Source: Stegostoma tigrinum
Lineage: Eukaryota
DNA: 64,000 nt
Assembly: GCF_030684315.1 (NCBI RefSeq)
Contig: NC_081382.1
Coordinates: 34,110,620 to 34,174,619, forward strand
Reading direction: 5' to 3'
Made by a program: the position numbers and the translations under genes. The notes under the pieces were generated by a model. The model was not told the DNA's origin. It searched no databases and saw nothing but the letters and a program-made list of their open reading frames with translations. Positions within the stretch are counted from its first letter, which is position 1, and each line of letters starts with the position of its first letter. Positions 63,333 to 64,000 of the stretch are shown here, piece by piece.

Positions 63333-63948
63333 ATCATTGTCATTAGCCATATTGGTCTGTCTGAGTGAATGAGAGAGAAAGAGACTACCTATGCACCAGG
63401 GCCTGGTGCATATCTGTAACTGCATCGAAGCCAAGAGCAGCAGCCTCTGGTTGTGCTCTACTAGCGTATCTATGATGAGGATGACTGCCTTGTGCATTTC
63501 TGCAAGCAGAGATAAGTGAGCAGGCTGCCTCCATTTTATCTGAGGCAACATGGCAGCACGTTATACATGTGGCTGAGTTTGGAGACCACTTTGCTAAGCA
63601 GAGCACTGAGTGGTTCTGTGGAGGTTACCTCCTCTGCAAATGCATGTTTTTTGAATGAGGTGTAAATACAGATATTTGATACTAGATGTGTATGCTTCAG
63701 AAAGAAGGAACATTGAAAAGGACAGTTAAACCTTGGCCAGGTCTGCATCATCTATTATGTGTGAGAGGGGATCTATTCAGGACTGTCTTTAACAGTAATG
63801 CAAAGCAAGCAGGTGAAAATAAGTTTTGAATTACATTGACCTGGATTAAAAGGACCCTTCTAAAAATAAACTTGGATTAGGTTGTTGATGAAACCCTTTT
63901 GAGACTTTCAAGTCCTGTCCCAACTCCAACCACTTCCCCATGTAGCTG

Positions 63949-64000
63949 GGATAACAAAGTGTGGAGCTGGATGAACACAGCAGTCCAAGCCGCATCTTAG
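63949..64000 (-). mobile_element. PLE 3' end running off the window
   Basis: gataacaaagtgtggagctggatgaacacagcagtccaagccgcatc. Confidence 0.7.

Overview
AT-rich, repeat-dense eukaryotic genomic DNA. The repeat content (HE1-type V-SINEs, HER1/CR1 LINEs, abundant Penelope-like elements) points to a cartilaginous fish, probably a shark. The window lies inside one large + strand gene. Nine internal GT-AG exons between 6563 and 43210 splice in a consistent frame (1335 nt, 445 codons) and encode the orphan-region and ZP domains of a TGF-beta type III co-receptor. Exon sizes fit endoglin best, although many residues look betaglycan-like. The start and transmembrane exons were not found in the window. 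Introns contain decayed CR1, Tx1, Rex1, Gypsy and SINE copies. The most striking feature is a set of Penelope-like (Neptune-type GIY-YIG) insertions with a hairpin architecture. The largest is a ~2.9 kb near-spacerless palindrome (1366-4238) flanked by one 15-bp target-site duplication, with an array of identical 38-bp G-rich repeats at its apex. At least six miniature hairpin insertions follow the same plan: the inverted arm usually stops ~30-40 nt short of the full 3' end, and 13-16 bp TSDs are visible for most. Their 3' ends carry minimal hammerhead-ribozyme motifs. All calls were made by eye; no database search or alignment was run.
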